A stretch of DNA of 64,000 bases from an uncultured bacterium (GTDB lineage Bacteria > Bacillota > Clostridia > Christensenellales > UBA1242). Positions 28,150 through 36,623 of this stretch are shown piece by piece (the stretch's first letter is position 1; each line of letters begins with the position of its first letter). The translations under genes were made by a program, and so were the position numbers. The notes below the pieces were generated by a model that saw only the letters and a list, made by a program, of their open reading frames with translations, was not told the origin of the DNA and searched no databases. The stretch lies in the NCBI GenBank assembly GCA_949474265.1, contig CASXBC010000001.1, positions 20,216 through 84,215 on the forward strand. Direction: 5' to 3'.

Positions 28150-28405
28150 AAAATCTATCCACAGAAAATACGTTCAAATGTGCATAAAGCCGAAGTTATC
28201 CACACAGTTATACTCCTTTATGTGGATAACTTAAAATTTTTAGAAACAATATATATTGTGTCACTTCTGACTAAAGAAACAATATATATTGTAAATTAGG
28301 ACTAAACCAGCTTCAAAATTGTCAACTTTTATTACACCTATACACATTTCCACAGCGACTTATAATTATAATTAATATTAAATTAAAATTTTAAATAATA
28401 TTCGT
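28150..28405. promoter_or_regulatory. oriC candidate in the dnaA-dnaN spacer: DnaA-box cluster plus AT-rich unwinding region
   Basis: Perfect TTATCCACA at 28196-28204 and perfect TGTGGATAA at 28221-28229. One-mismatch boxes CTATCCACA (28155-28163) and TGTGCATAA (28179-28187). Weaker ATTTCCACA at 28346-28354. Pure A/T run tataattataattaatattaaattaaaattttaaataatatt at 28361-28403. Confidence 0.75.
28242..28292. repeat. Direct repeat of an 18-mer (AGAAACAATATATATTGT), each copy containing the 14-bp perfect palindrome ACAATATATATTGT
   Basis: Copies at 28242-28259 and 28275-28292 are identical and 33 bp apart. They lie between the DnaA boxes and the AT-rich region. Confidence 0.85.
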
Positions 28406-28543
28406 TTGCATGCTCGCAAGCGAGTGTGATATAATAATTTCGTCAAAGGTTGGAGACTCTTTTTGAAATAAGAATTTTGTTATTTTGAGAAGAGGAACAA
28501 TCAAAAAAATAAATAGGGATAATAGCCCCTTAAGGAGAAGAGT

Positions 28544-29644
28544 ATGTTAGTTAGTTGTCACGGTATAGACCTTTCAGATGCTTTTTTAAGCGTAAGTAAG
28601 GCCATTTCAAACAAAATCACAAATCCAATTTTGGAAGGTATCAAAATTGTTGCTGAAGATGACACTCTCACTTTGAGTGCAACAGACACAGACCTTTCAA
28701 TTGAAAGAAAAATTAAGGCAAATATTAAGACTGAAGGTGAAGCTGTTGTTCCTGGAAAGTTTATCACAGAGTTTATCAAAAAACTTACCAATGAAATGAT
28801 AGAGCTTGAACTCAATGAAAAGAATCAAATGTTAATCAAATATGACGACAGTCAGAGTATCATTCAATGTTATAATGTTTTGGAATATCCTGCATTTAAA
28901 GCAATTGACACAATGCAGTATTTCGGAATTTCAAAGAAAGACCTCAAAACAATTATCAATAAAACAATTTTTTCTGTTGCTGTTGATGATTCAAGACCAA
29001 TTCTCAAAGGTGTGCTTTTTGATATTGAAGGAAACACACTTAATGCCATTGCTCTTGACGGATATAGACTTGCAAAGGTTAAGAAAACTATTGTTTCAAA
29101 TTTGAATATGAATATAGTTATCCCTGCAAAGAGCTTATCAGAAATTTCAAGACTTTTGGATGATAGCAATGATATACTCAATGTTTATGTGGATAAGACA
29201 ACCTTGATGGTTGATTTTGGAGACACTAAACTTACAACAAGACTTCTTGAAGGAGATTTTGTAAACTACAAGCAAATCATTGCAGCAAACTATGAGACTG
29301 TTTGTGTTATCAACAAAGGACAGTTTGAAGATGCACTTGAAAGAGCTTCTCTTCTTTCAAAAGTTGGGCAAGGAAATTGTGTTAAGTTTGAAGTTAAGGA
29401 AAAAAATCTTTGCATCACTTCAAATTCAGAACTTGGTAATGTTAAAGAAAATGTCCCTGTCAACATGAATGGAAAAGAGCTTTTGATTGCTTTTAATGCA
29501 AGATACTTTATTGAAAATTTGAAAGCAACCTCAGATGAATTTGTAAAAATCTGTTTCAATGCTCCTGCAAACCCTTGTGTGATTGTTCCTGTTGAAGGTG
29601 ATGAATTTTTGTATTTAATTTTGCCTGTTCGCATGATTGGTTAA
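28544..29644 (+). CDS. dnaN: DNA polymerase III beta sliding clamp
   Basis: 366 aa immediately after dnaA/oriC. Three-domain clamp length; N-terminal pattern ...ISNKITNPILEGIKIVAEDDTLTLSATD; AAGGAG RBS. Confidence 0.95.
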   Translation: MLVSCHGIDLSDAFLSVSKAISNKITNPILEGIKIVAEDDTLTLSATDTDLSIERKIKANIKTEGEAVVPGKFITEFIKKLTNEMIELELNEKNQMLIKYDDSQSIIQCYNVLEYPAFKAIDTMQYFGISKKDLKTIINKTIFSVAVDDSRPILKGVLFDIEGNTLNAIALDGYRLAKVKKTIVSNLNMNIVIPAKSLSEISRLLDDSNDILNVYVDKTTLMVDFGDTKLTTRLLEGDFVNYKQIIAANYETVCVINKGQFEDALERASLLSKVGQGNCVKFEVKEKNLCITSNSELGNVKENVPVNMNGKELLIAFNARYFIENLKATSDEFVKICFNAPANPCVIVPVEGDEFLYLILPVRMIG

Positions 29645-29669
29645 AAATCAAGTTAGTTTAAGATTTAAT

Positions 29670-29704
29670 AAAAAAAAACACCAACGATTGTTGGTGTTTT
29701 TTTA
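29670..29704. terminator. Bidirectional terminator between dnaN and the dCMP deaminase gene
   Basis: A-run, then ACACCAAC-gatt-GTTGGTGT, then T-run. Confidence 0.85.
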
Positions 29705-29714
29705 TTTCTATGTA

Positions 29715-30185
29715 TTAAACTTTTAAAGAAATCTCTTTTCCACTCATTTTGTATTGCCTGCAAACTATACCGGCGTTTTCAAGCATTTTTGCAGAAGCTT
29801 TTGTAGAATCAGTGTCAGCATACTTGTTTGAAACATAAACCATTTCTTTTATTCCGCTTTGAACAATTGCTTTGCAACACTCATTGCAGGGAAATAATGT
29901 CACATATATTGTACAACCTCTAAGGTCTGCACGAGAATTTAAAATAGCGTTGAGCTCAGCATGAACAACATAAGGATACTTTGTATCAAGAAGATTTCCC
30001 TCTCTTCCCCAAGGATAAAGCTTGTCGTTGTCATCCTTGCTAAATGGAAATCCGTTATACCCTAATGAGATAATCTTTTTATCTGTATTGACTATACAGG
30101 CACCAACTTGTGTGCTTGGGTCTTTGCTTCTGAAAGCAGACATCATAGCCACACCCATAAAATACTCTTCCCAAGAAATAATCAT
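29715..30185 (-). CDS. dCMP deaminase (ComEB-type cytidine/deoxycytidylate deaminase)
   Basis: Zinc-binding motifs HAELNAI and PCNECCKAI; 156 aa. Confidence 0.85.
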   Translation of the reverse strand: MIISWEEYFMGVAMMSAFRSKDPSTQVGACIVNTDKKIISLGYNGFPFSKDDNDKLYPWGREGNLLDTKYPYVVHAELNAILNSRADLRGCTIYVTLFPCNECCKAIVQSGIKEMVYVSNKYADTDSTKASAKMLENAGIVCRQYKMSGKEISLKV

Positions 30186-30277
30186 AATTTTTTACCCCTT
30201 TTCATTATCACACACAAAGCTTGCTGATGTCAAACAAATAAAATTCATAATATGACAGAAATTGCGTGCAATTGCAG

Positions 30278-30306
30278 TTGACAAAACTGAATTTATTTTA
30301 TATAAT
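30278..30306 (+). promoter_or_regulatory. Consensus promoter for the rpmH operon (TTGACA-17 nt-TATAAT)
   Basis: TTGACA at 30278-30283, TATAAT at 30301-30306. Confidence 0.6.
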
Positions 30307-30366
30307 TGACCGTAAACCATTTTGCAATAGGATTTTGTGCAAATTGAGATAAAGAAGGAGAATATT

Positions 30367-30501
30367 ATGAAAAGAACATATCAACCAAAGAAAAGACAAA
30401 GACAAAAAGTTCATGGTTTTCGTCAAAGAATGAGAACAAATGGCGGAAGAAATGTTTTGAAAAGAAGAAGAAACAGAGGCAGAAAGAAAATTGCTGCTTA
30501 A
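30367..30501 (+). CDS. rpmH: 50S ribosomal protein L34
   Basis: Not in the track (44 aa). Translation: [53 protein letters not shown]. Confidence 0.95.
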   Translation: MKRTYQPKKRQRQKVHGFRQRMRTNGGRNVLKRRRNRGRKKIAA

Positions 30502-30512
30502 AGAAGAATGGT

Positions 30513-30845
30513 ATGGAGCATAGATTAAGGAAAAACAACCAATTTAGTTTTATCTATAAAAAGGGCGAAAGATTTTTTAGCGAACATTTCACCCTTTTTG
30601 CTCTTAAAAGCAAGTATGAAAACTATAGAATTGGATTTTCTATAAGTAAAAAACTTGGAAAAGCAAACAAGAGAAATAAGCTTAAAAGAAGATTGAAGGA
30701 AATTTCAAGGAGAGACTTAAATATTCCTTCTTTTTGTAATTTTGTGGTTTTGGCAAAAGAGGGAGCTTGTGAACTCTCCTTTGACCAAATAAAAAAAGAA
30801 ATGATAAAGTTGTTTGGAAAGTATGAAAGCAAAAAAAATAATTAA
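30513..30845 (+). CDS. rnpA: Ribonuclease P protein component
   Basis: 110 aa, basic, directly after rpmH; N-terminal pattern LRKNNQFSFIYKKG. Confidence 0.9.
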   Translation: MEHRLRKNNQFSFIYKKGERFFSEHFTLFALKSKYENYRIGFSISKKLGKANKRNKLKRRLKEISRRDLNIPSFCNFVVLAKEGACELSFDQIKKEMIKLFGKYESKKNN

Positions 30846-31086
30846 AAGAATTTTGTTGTTTCCTGTTTATCTTTTTAAGTGGCTTATTTCACCACTCATT
30901 CCTCATTGTTGCATCTTCACTCCAACCTGCTCAAATTATATGATTAAAGCAGTTGATGAATTTGGTTTTTTCAAGGGAGTTTTTCTTGGAACCAAAAGGC
31001 TTTTTAGATGTGTGCCTTGGCAAAAGAAAAGAGGCTATGACCCTGTGCCGATAAATATTAAAGGAGATAACTTATGGATTTTATAA
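30823..31086 (+). CDS. yidD: Membrane protein insertion efficiency factor YidD
   Basis: Conserved ISPLIPHCCIFTPTCSNYMIKAV...RCVPW motif. The start could be 30814 or 30823. Confidence 0.85.
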   Translation: MKAKKIIKRILLFPVYLFKWLISPLIPHCCIFTPTCSNYMIKAVDEFGFFKGVFLGTKRLFRCVPWQKKRGYDPVPINIKGDNLWIL

Positions 31087-32576
31087 GCACTGCCCTTGTA
31101 AATTTGAAACAACCAACAGGAATGTGGGTTAAGATTTTAAATGCGTTTAAAGGTGCTGGCTCATATATTGTTGCAGTGATTTTGATTGCACTGATTATCA
31201 GAGTTATTTTTTCTGTTGTTGATGTTGTCAATAAAAAAGTCAACATGAAAAACATGAAGATAAATGAAAAAATGAGACCAGAGCTTGAGGCTATACAAAA
31301 AAAGTATGGAAATGACCCAAAGGTCATGCAAATGAAGCAAAACGAAATTTACAAGAAATATCAATTTAGTATGATGGGCTCTTGCCTTCCAATGCTAGTT
31401 ACTATGGTTTTACAATTTGTTGTATTTTTGACTCTTTGGAATTCACTCCAAGCAGTTGCAAATTACAATATTGCAGAAAAGTATGAAAACATGAAAAATG
31501 TTTACGTTTCGGTAATAGAGCTTAATGATGAAACAGTTTATGCTGATTTGCAACAAAATTTGAAAGATGCTATTGACAATCAGCAAGAATATGAACTTAA
31601 TGCCTCGGTAGATACAAAGAAAGGAACCTTTACAATTACTTTAACAATTGGCAATGACAAATATATTTATGAAGATATTGCATTGAAAAAAGATAGCGGA
31701 CTTAAAGAGACTTACGAACTTTTGCAAAAGTATGTGCTTGAGCCAGAGACACCTGAAGTAACTCCTCCTGAAGAGACTGAGCAAACAAGAGTTTCACTTG
31801 CAGCAGAAGAAGGAGAAGGTGAGCAAGAGCCAACTGCTCCAACAGTTGAGTATATTGACACAGGCTTTAATAAAATATTTAAAGAACTTGCAGAAAGAAC
31901 TGCAGAAGAATATTATCTTGACACACAAGAAGGCTTTTTGTGGATAAAGAACTTCTATAAAGCTGATTCACCAGCAAGTCCATTGTTTACTAAAAAAGAA
32001 ATCAAAAGTTATCTTTCAAAATTCTATTCAGATGACGAAAAAGCTCTTCAGAAAGATTTTGATTATGAGGGAGCAATTTTTGATAGTGTTGTAACTGCAG
32101 GTATAGGACAAAAGAAACTCGGAGCAAATGGATATTATATTTTGACAATTTTGGCTGTTGCAATTTCAGTGCTTTCTATGTGGTTGTCAAACTTTATGAT
32201 GAGAGATAAAAATGCTCCGAAGAAAAAACAATCTTGGGCTATGTATGTGATTATGCCACTTATTTTTGGTATCTTTACTTTTATGTACACAAGTTTGTTT
32301 GCGGTATACATCATAGTTGGACAACTTGTTATGGTGGCACTCACTCCACTCACTTCAATACTTGTAAAGAAGTGGATTGCTTATGATGAGACAAAAAAGA
32401 AAAAGGCTGAAGTTGTAGTTGATTACAGAAGAGATGATGTAAAAAACACTAGAAAGATGTCATCTCCAAAAGATAAAAAAGAAGAAGTGATTGAAGTTGA
32501 CTATAGAAGAAAAGATAATGTTGGTCAATTTAGCTCAGTTAATAAACAAACAAAAAAGAAAAAGAAGGATAAATAA
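31074..32576 (+). CDS. yidC: YidC/Oxa1-family membrane insertase with a large extracytoplasmic insertion and a Lys-rich tail
   Basis: Conserved core (MRPELEAIQKKYGNDPKVMQMKQNEIYKKYQFSMMGSCLPML...; FLWIKNFYKADSP). About 180 extra aa between these blocks. C-terminal KKKKKDK tail. 500 aa. Confidence 0.88.
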   Translation: MDFISTALVNLKQPTGMWVKILNAFKGAGSYIVAVILIALIIRVIFSVVDVVNKKVNMKNMKINEKMRPELEAIQKKYGNDPKVMQMKQNEIYKKYQFSMMGSCLPMLVTMVLQFVVFLTLWNSLQAVANYNIAEKYENMKNVYVSVIELNDETVYADLQQNLKDAIDNQQEYELNASVDTKKGTFTITLTIGNDKYIYEDIALKKDSGLKETYELLQKYVLEPETPEVTPPEETEQTRVSLAAEEGEGEQEPTAPTVEYIDTGFNKIFKELAERTAEEYYLDTQEGFLWIKNFYKADSPASPLFTKKEIKSYLSKFYSDDEKALQKDFDYEGAIFDSVVTAGIGQKKLGANGYYILTILAVAISVLSMWLSNFMMRDKNAPKKKQSWAMYVIMPLIFGIFTFMYTSLFAVYIIVGQLVMVALTPLTSILVKKWIAYDETKKKKAEVVVDYRRDDVKNTRKMSSPKDKKEEVIEVDYRRKDNVGQFSSVNKQTKKKKKDK

Positions 32577-32587
32577 TCCTTCTTTTT

Positions 32588-33625
32588 TTAAAACATTTGT
32601 GTAAGTATTGCCCAAGTGTTTTTTCCAACAATTCCATCAACTGTGAGGTTGTTGTAGCTTTGAAAGGTTTCAACAGCGGTCTTTGTTCTTGAGCCAAAAA
32701 TTCCGTCAATATTGCCAACAGGAATAAGCTGACTTTCGAGAAGTTGTTGCAAAAATTTGACATAACTTCCTCTAGCACCTTGCCTAAGTGTAGGATAATC
32801 AGGTAAAGTGAGAAGATATTTCCAAGTTGTGTTTCCAACAATTCCGTCTGATGCGATTGAGTTTGTGGTTTGGAAATTGCGTACGGCATTTTCTGTGCCG
32901 CTGCCGAAAATTCCATCAATAGCAATATTGTATCCGTAACTAGTGAGGATAAATTGTAAAAGATAGACGAAGTTTCCCCTTGAGCCGTTTCGTAGCAATG
33001 GGTAATTTGCTAAATTATCTCTTGCAATAAAACTTGTGTTTAAAAAGTCACAGACTCCCAAACAAGCTTCCTCCCCTACTTCTGTTTGAAATAGAGGATT
33101 TATCATAAGTCTTGCTTCACGCAAGTTTGTCATAAAGCCTGCTTCAATCAAAGAGGCTGTGCAGTTTACACTTGAGAGCATTGCTACATCAAGGTTTTTA
33201 ACCCCTCTTCCATTTTGTTGTGTGCCTTGAATAAGATTGTTGTATATGTCTGTTGCAAGCTGTTGGCTTTGGTTGGCTTTTTGATTTCTTATAGAATAAA
33301 AAGTTTCAACACCAGAAGCATTGTTGAAGGATGTTCCATCCCCTGCTGCATTGTAAGCAAAAGTTACCAAAAGTGTGAGATTTTGCCTGTTGACTCTTCT
33401 TACCCTCTCTGAGAGTGATATATCTTGAAGTTCTGGTTTTACATCAAAGACAGAAAAACTGTTTCTCATGCACGCTTCAATAAATTTGTTTTTTGCAGCT
33501 CTATTAAACTCATTTTCGTAGATTTGTCTATTTAAGCCAGGAAGCACAGGAGTCCTCTTTCCAAGGGTTGGAGGATTGACACCATGTTCATCATTGGCTC
33601 CTATATAAAAATTATCGTTTGCCAT
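32588..33625 (-). CDS. N-acetylmuramoyl-L-alanine amidase (Amidase_3-like) with two C-terminal PG_binding_1 repeats
   Basis: The N-terminal 200 aa resemble a type-3 amidase. Two repeats of ...G.RG..V..LQ..L...G......DGIFGS.T..AV..FQ......DGIVG..TW. No N-terminal signal peptide. Confidence 0.8.
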   Translation of the reverse strand: MANDNFYIGANDEHGVNPPTLGKRTPVLPGLNRQIYENEFNRAAKNKFIEACMRNSFSVFDVKPELQDISLSERVRRVNRQNLTLLVTFAYNAAGDGTSFNNASGVETFYSIRNQKANQSQQLATDIYNNLIQGTQQNGRGVKNLDVAMLSSVNCTASLIEAGFMTNLREARLMINPLFQTEVGEEACLGVCDFLNTSFIARDNLANYPLLRNGSRGNFVYLLQFILTSYGYNIAIDGIFGSGTENAVRNFQTTNSIASDGIVGNTTWKYLLTLPDYPTLRQGARGSYVKFLQQLLESQLIPVGNIDGIFGSRTKTAVETFQSYNNLTVDGIVGKNTWAILTQMF

Positions 33626-33819
33626 TTTGTCTCCTTTAATTTCTTTTTTATATATGTAAATTAGAAATTTTTGTTGCCAAGAAAAGCAAATTATCTTTAA
33701 ATAACTTTATCAAAATAAACCAATTTAATTAAAATATAATATATCTATTCATCTTCGACAAATTCAGAAAAATTTACAAAAAAAAATATAAATATTTACA
33801 AAATATTACAAAATAAAAA

Positions 33820-33848
33820 TTGCATTATATTTTGAAATATGCTATAAT
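33820..33848 (+). promoter_or_regulatory. Candidate promoter for the Spo0A_C-like gene (TTGCAT-17 nt-TATAAT)
   Basis: TTGCAT at 33820-33825, TATAAT at 33843-33848. This leaves a ~210-nt leader before the ATG at 34063. Confidence 0.45.
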
Positions 33849-34062
33849 ATTAATGTATTTATTAGAGATAAGTTTCAAGAAAATTTGTCCTAATACAATT
33901 GCAAAATTTAATATAGATTTGAGTTGGCTTACTTGAGAAGTTAATTGGAACTTCTATACATAATATTTCACTTGAAATAATTTTTGCTCTGGAATTTTTT
34001 GATTCCAATAGTTTTTTGTTGCCAAAATTCAAGACTATATTTTAAAAGGAGAACGCGATAAA

Positions 34063-34452
34063 ATGAGTGAATTTGATTTAAACAATGCGAGAAGGGTGAT
34101 AAAATTGGCACTTATAAAAATTGGTATAAGATGCGACCTGTTGGGCTTTTCATATCTTTGTTATGCTGCTGAACTTGTCATTGAGAAACCAAATAGAATT
34201 CATAAGTTGTGCAGTTGTCTTTACAAGGAAATCGCAGAAAAGTTTTCTAGTAGCGAGAATTGTGTAGAAAGAGGCATAAGACATGTTATTGAAATTACTT
34301 ATTTAAACAAAGGCTTCATGGAATTGAACAGAATGTTTAACATCCCTCTTTACACTTTGGACTCTAAACCTACCGCTGGAGAACTTATCAGATTGGTTTC
34401 TGAATATTTCGTCCTTGGACTGTACAAGCAGGATTTGCCTTGTGCAGTGTAA
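34063..34452 (+). CDS. Stand-alone Spo0A C-terminal (DNA-binding effector) domain protein with no receiver domain
   Basis: LYKEIAEKFSSSENCVERGIRHVIEITYLNKGFMELNRMFNIPLYTLDSKPTAGELIRLVSEYF aligns by eye with B. subtilis Spo0A [44 protein letters not shown]...KPTNSEFIAMVADKL. 129 aa. AAGGAG RBS. Confidence 0.8.
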   Translation: MSEFDLNNARRVIKLALIKIGIRCDLLGFSYLCYAAELVIEKPNRIHKLCSCLYKEIAEKFSSSENCVERGIRHVIEITYLNKGFMELNRMFNIPLYTLDSKPTAGELIRLVSEYFVLGLYKQDLPCAV

Positions 34453-34457
34453 AATAT

Positions 34458-34487
34458 AAAGACAGCTTTCGACTGTCCTTTTTATTT
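34458..34487 (+). terminator. Terminator after the Spo0A_C-like gene
   Basis: GACAG-ctttcga-CTGTC followed by cttttt atttt. Confidence 0.65.
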
Positions 34488-34664
34488 TTATAGCGTTTGA
34501 GTTTTAAAAATAAATAAATTTTATCGTTGTTTTCTTTGATTTTATCAACGATTTTTTTTATTTTACAGATGACAGTTTTTAAAAGACTGTCTTTGACCAA
34601 AAAATTGATTTGCTTTTTGCTGGCTTTGGTGTTAAAATATGAAAGTTGATAAAAGGAAAATAAA

Positions 34665-35918
34665 ATGTATTACGGATATGAAATAGATGACAAGCTTATT
34701 TCTCTTGCAGAAGAGACAGAGAGAGAACTTAAAGATATTTTTGCAGAACTTGATGAGCTTTGCATGAAAAATAGTGCAAAAGTTTTGAAAGCCTTTCAAG
34801 AAACAAAAGTTTCTTATACTGATTTTGCTGAAGTAAATGGTTATGGTTTTTATGATGCAGGCAGGGATAAAATTGAAGCAATTTTTGCTAATGTTTTTGG
34901 TGCTGAAGATGCTCTTGTAAGACCACAGATTATGTCAGGCACTCATGCTTTGGCACTTACTTTTTCAGGGCTTTTAAAATATGGTGAAACCATGCTTTCA
35001 ATCTCTGGCACACCTTATGATTCACTCCAAACAATTATTGGTATAGCTGGAGACAGCAGAAACTCATTGATTGCAAATGGCATCAAATATGAAGAAATTG
35101 AACTTGTGAATGATGATTTTGACATACCAAAAATTGTTGAGCGGTTGAAGAAAAACGATGTCAAACTTGTTGAAATTCAAAGGTCACGAGGCTATGCTCA
35201 CAGAAAAAGCTTGACCATTGAAAAAATTGAAAAGGTTTGTAAGGCAATAAGAGAAGTAAACTCCTCTTGCATTATCATGGTGGACAACTGCTATGGTGAC
35301 TTTGTGGAAGAAAAAGAGCCAACACAAGTTGGTGCTGACCTTATTGTCGGCTCTCTCATGAAAAACCTTGGAGGTGGAATTGTCAGAAGTGGCGGCTATA
35401 TAGTTGGAAAGAAAGAATATATTTTTGATGTGGCAGAAAGATTCTCAGCACCAGGAACAGGAAAAGACCTTGGTGCAAATTTCAATGAAAACATGTCATA
35501 TTTTCAAGGGATATATCTTGCTCCAAGAGCAGTTTGTTCAAGTCTTAAAACAATGGTGTTTGCCAGCAGGATTTTGGAAAAATTAGGTTTTTCTGTTGAC
35601 CCTTTATATTATGAAAAGAGAACAGATATAGTGCAAGCTATTGATTTGTTTACCCCTGAAGCAATGATTAAATTTCATGTGGGGATTCAAAAAGGCTCTC
35701 CTATAGACAGCTTTGTGACCCCTGTTCCTGCACCAATGCCGGGTTATCCTCATGAAGAAGTTATGGCAGCAGGCACATTTATTCAAGGCTCAACAATAGA
35801 GTTATCTTGTGATGGCCCAATGGTCGAGCCTTACACTGCTTATATGCAAGGTAGCCTAACTTATGAATATGGAAAGCTGGGCATCATGATAGGCCTTCAA
35901 GAAATGCTTTATAAATAG
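34665..35918 (+). CDS. YnbB-like PLP-dependent enzyme (Met_gamma_lyase / aluminium-resistance family)
   Basis: 417 aa. The N-terminal pattern ...KVLKAFQETKVSYTDF...NGYGFYDAGRDKIEAIFANVFGAEDALVRPQIMSGTHAL is characteristic of this family. Confidence 0.8.
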   Translation: MYYGYEIDDKLISLAEETERELKDIFAELDELCMKNSAKVLKAFQETKVSYTDFAEVNGYGFYDAGRDKIEAIFANVFGAEDALVRPQIMSGTHALALTFSGLLKYGETMLSISGTPYDSLQTIIGIAGDSRNSLIANGIKYEEIELVNDDFDIPKIVERLKKNDVKLVEIQRSRGYAHRKSLTIEKIEKVCKAIREVNSSCIIMVDNCYGDFVEEKEPTQVGADLIVGSLMKNLGGGIVRSGGYIVGKKEYIFDVAERFSAPGTGKDLGANFNENMSYFQGIYLAPRAVCSSLKTMVFASRILEKLGFSVDPLYYEKRTDIVQAIDLFTPEAMIKFHVGIQKGSPIDSFVTPVPAPMPGYPHEEVMAAGTFIQGSTIELSCDGPMVEPYTAYMQGSLTYEYGKLGIMIGLQEMLYK

Positions 35919-35945
35919 AAAAAACACCTATAAGGGTGTTTTTTA
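35918..35945. terminator. Bidirectional terminator
   Basis: A-run, then AACACC-tataag-GGTGTT, then T-run. Confidence 0.7.
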
Positions 35946-36623
35946 TTTTATAATCAATTTAGAAGAAGTTTCAAAAGTTTTGATTATTAATTGATTTTGT
36001 AAAGGGGAAGTCGCTTTGCTTTTTAATACATAAGGATTTGTGATTGTAAACAGATTGTCAAGTTTATATTTGCATACAGGAGTGAAAGGTAAACTAGGTG
36101 CTGGACTAGAAAACTTTTCAACGTTTTCTGATATGTCTCCGCACTTTCCAGACCAAGTGCCGTCTTTTTCCTGTAAAAGGAAATGAAAGTCAATTAAGTC
36201 ATTAGTTATTTCATTTTTGGCAAAATACATTGCAATGTTGTATTGGTTGTCTTTTAATATTTTGGTAGGTTCAGCTTTCTCTATAAGTAATCCTGTTTGA
36301 GTTATGAAATTTAACATCTCCTCACGAGATTTTTCAATGCAACTCATATCAAATTCTCCAAATGGGCTTCGGAGCATAAATCTCAAGTCATCAAGACCAA
36401 GAGTTTTAATTTGAGCGTTTGTAAGATTGAAGCTAGCATGTTCAAAACAATTTACCAAAACTGAATATTTTTGATATGGTTCGTCTCCACGGCTTGCAAC
36501 ATAACCAAGCTTTACTATATCACTTAATTTCTTAATTATTGGTTTACGCATGAATATTCTGCCTTCCAAACTAAAGTCAAATAAAATTTTTTCATCATTT
36601 GCCCAATTTATATTGTTATTCAT
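35943..36623 (-). CDS. Hypothetical protein, paralog B, with NCF-x-HA / DFHF / W-x-GK-x-G motifs (possible papain-fold Cys/His enzyme)
   Basis: Start placed at ATG 36623 (AAGGGAG RBS), overlapping the upstream stop as ATGA. Shares motif blocks with the upstream gene. Confidence 0.65.
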   Translation of the reverse strand: MNNNINWANDEKILFDFSLEGRIFMRKPIIKKLSDIVKLGYVASRGDEPYQKYSVLVNCFEHASFNLTNAQIKTLGLDDLRFMLRSPFGEFDMSCIEKSREEMLNFITQTGLLIEKAEPTKILKDNQYNIAMYFAKNEITNDLIDFHFLLQEKDGTWSGKCGDISENVEKFSSPAPSLPFTPVCKYKLDNLFTITNPYVLKSKATSPLQNQLIIKTFETSSKLIIK

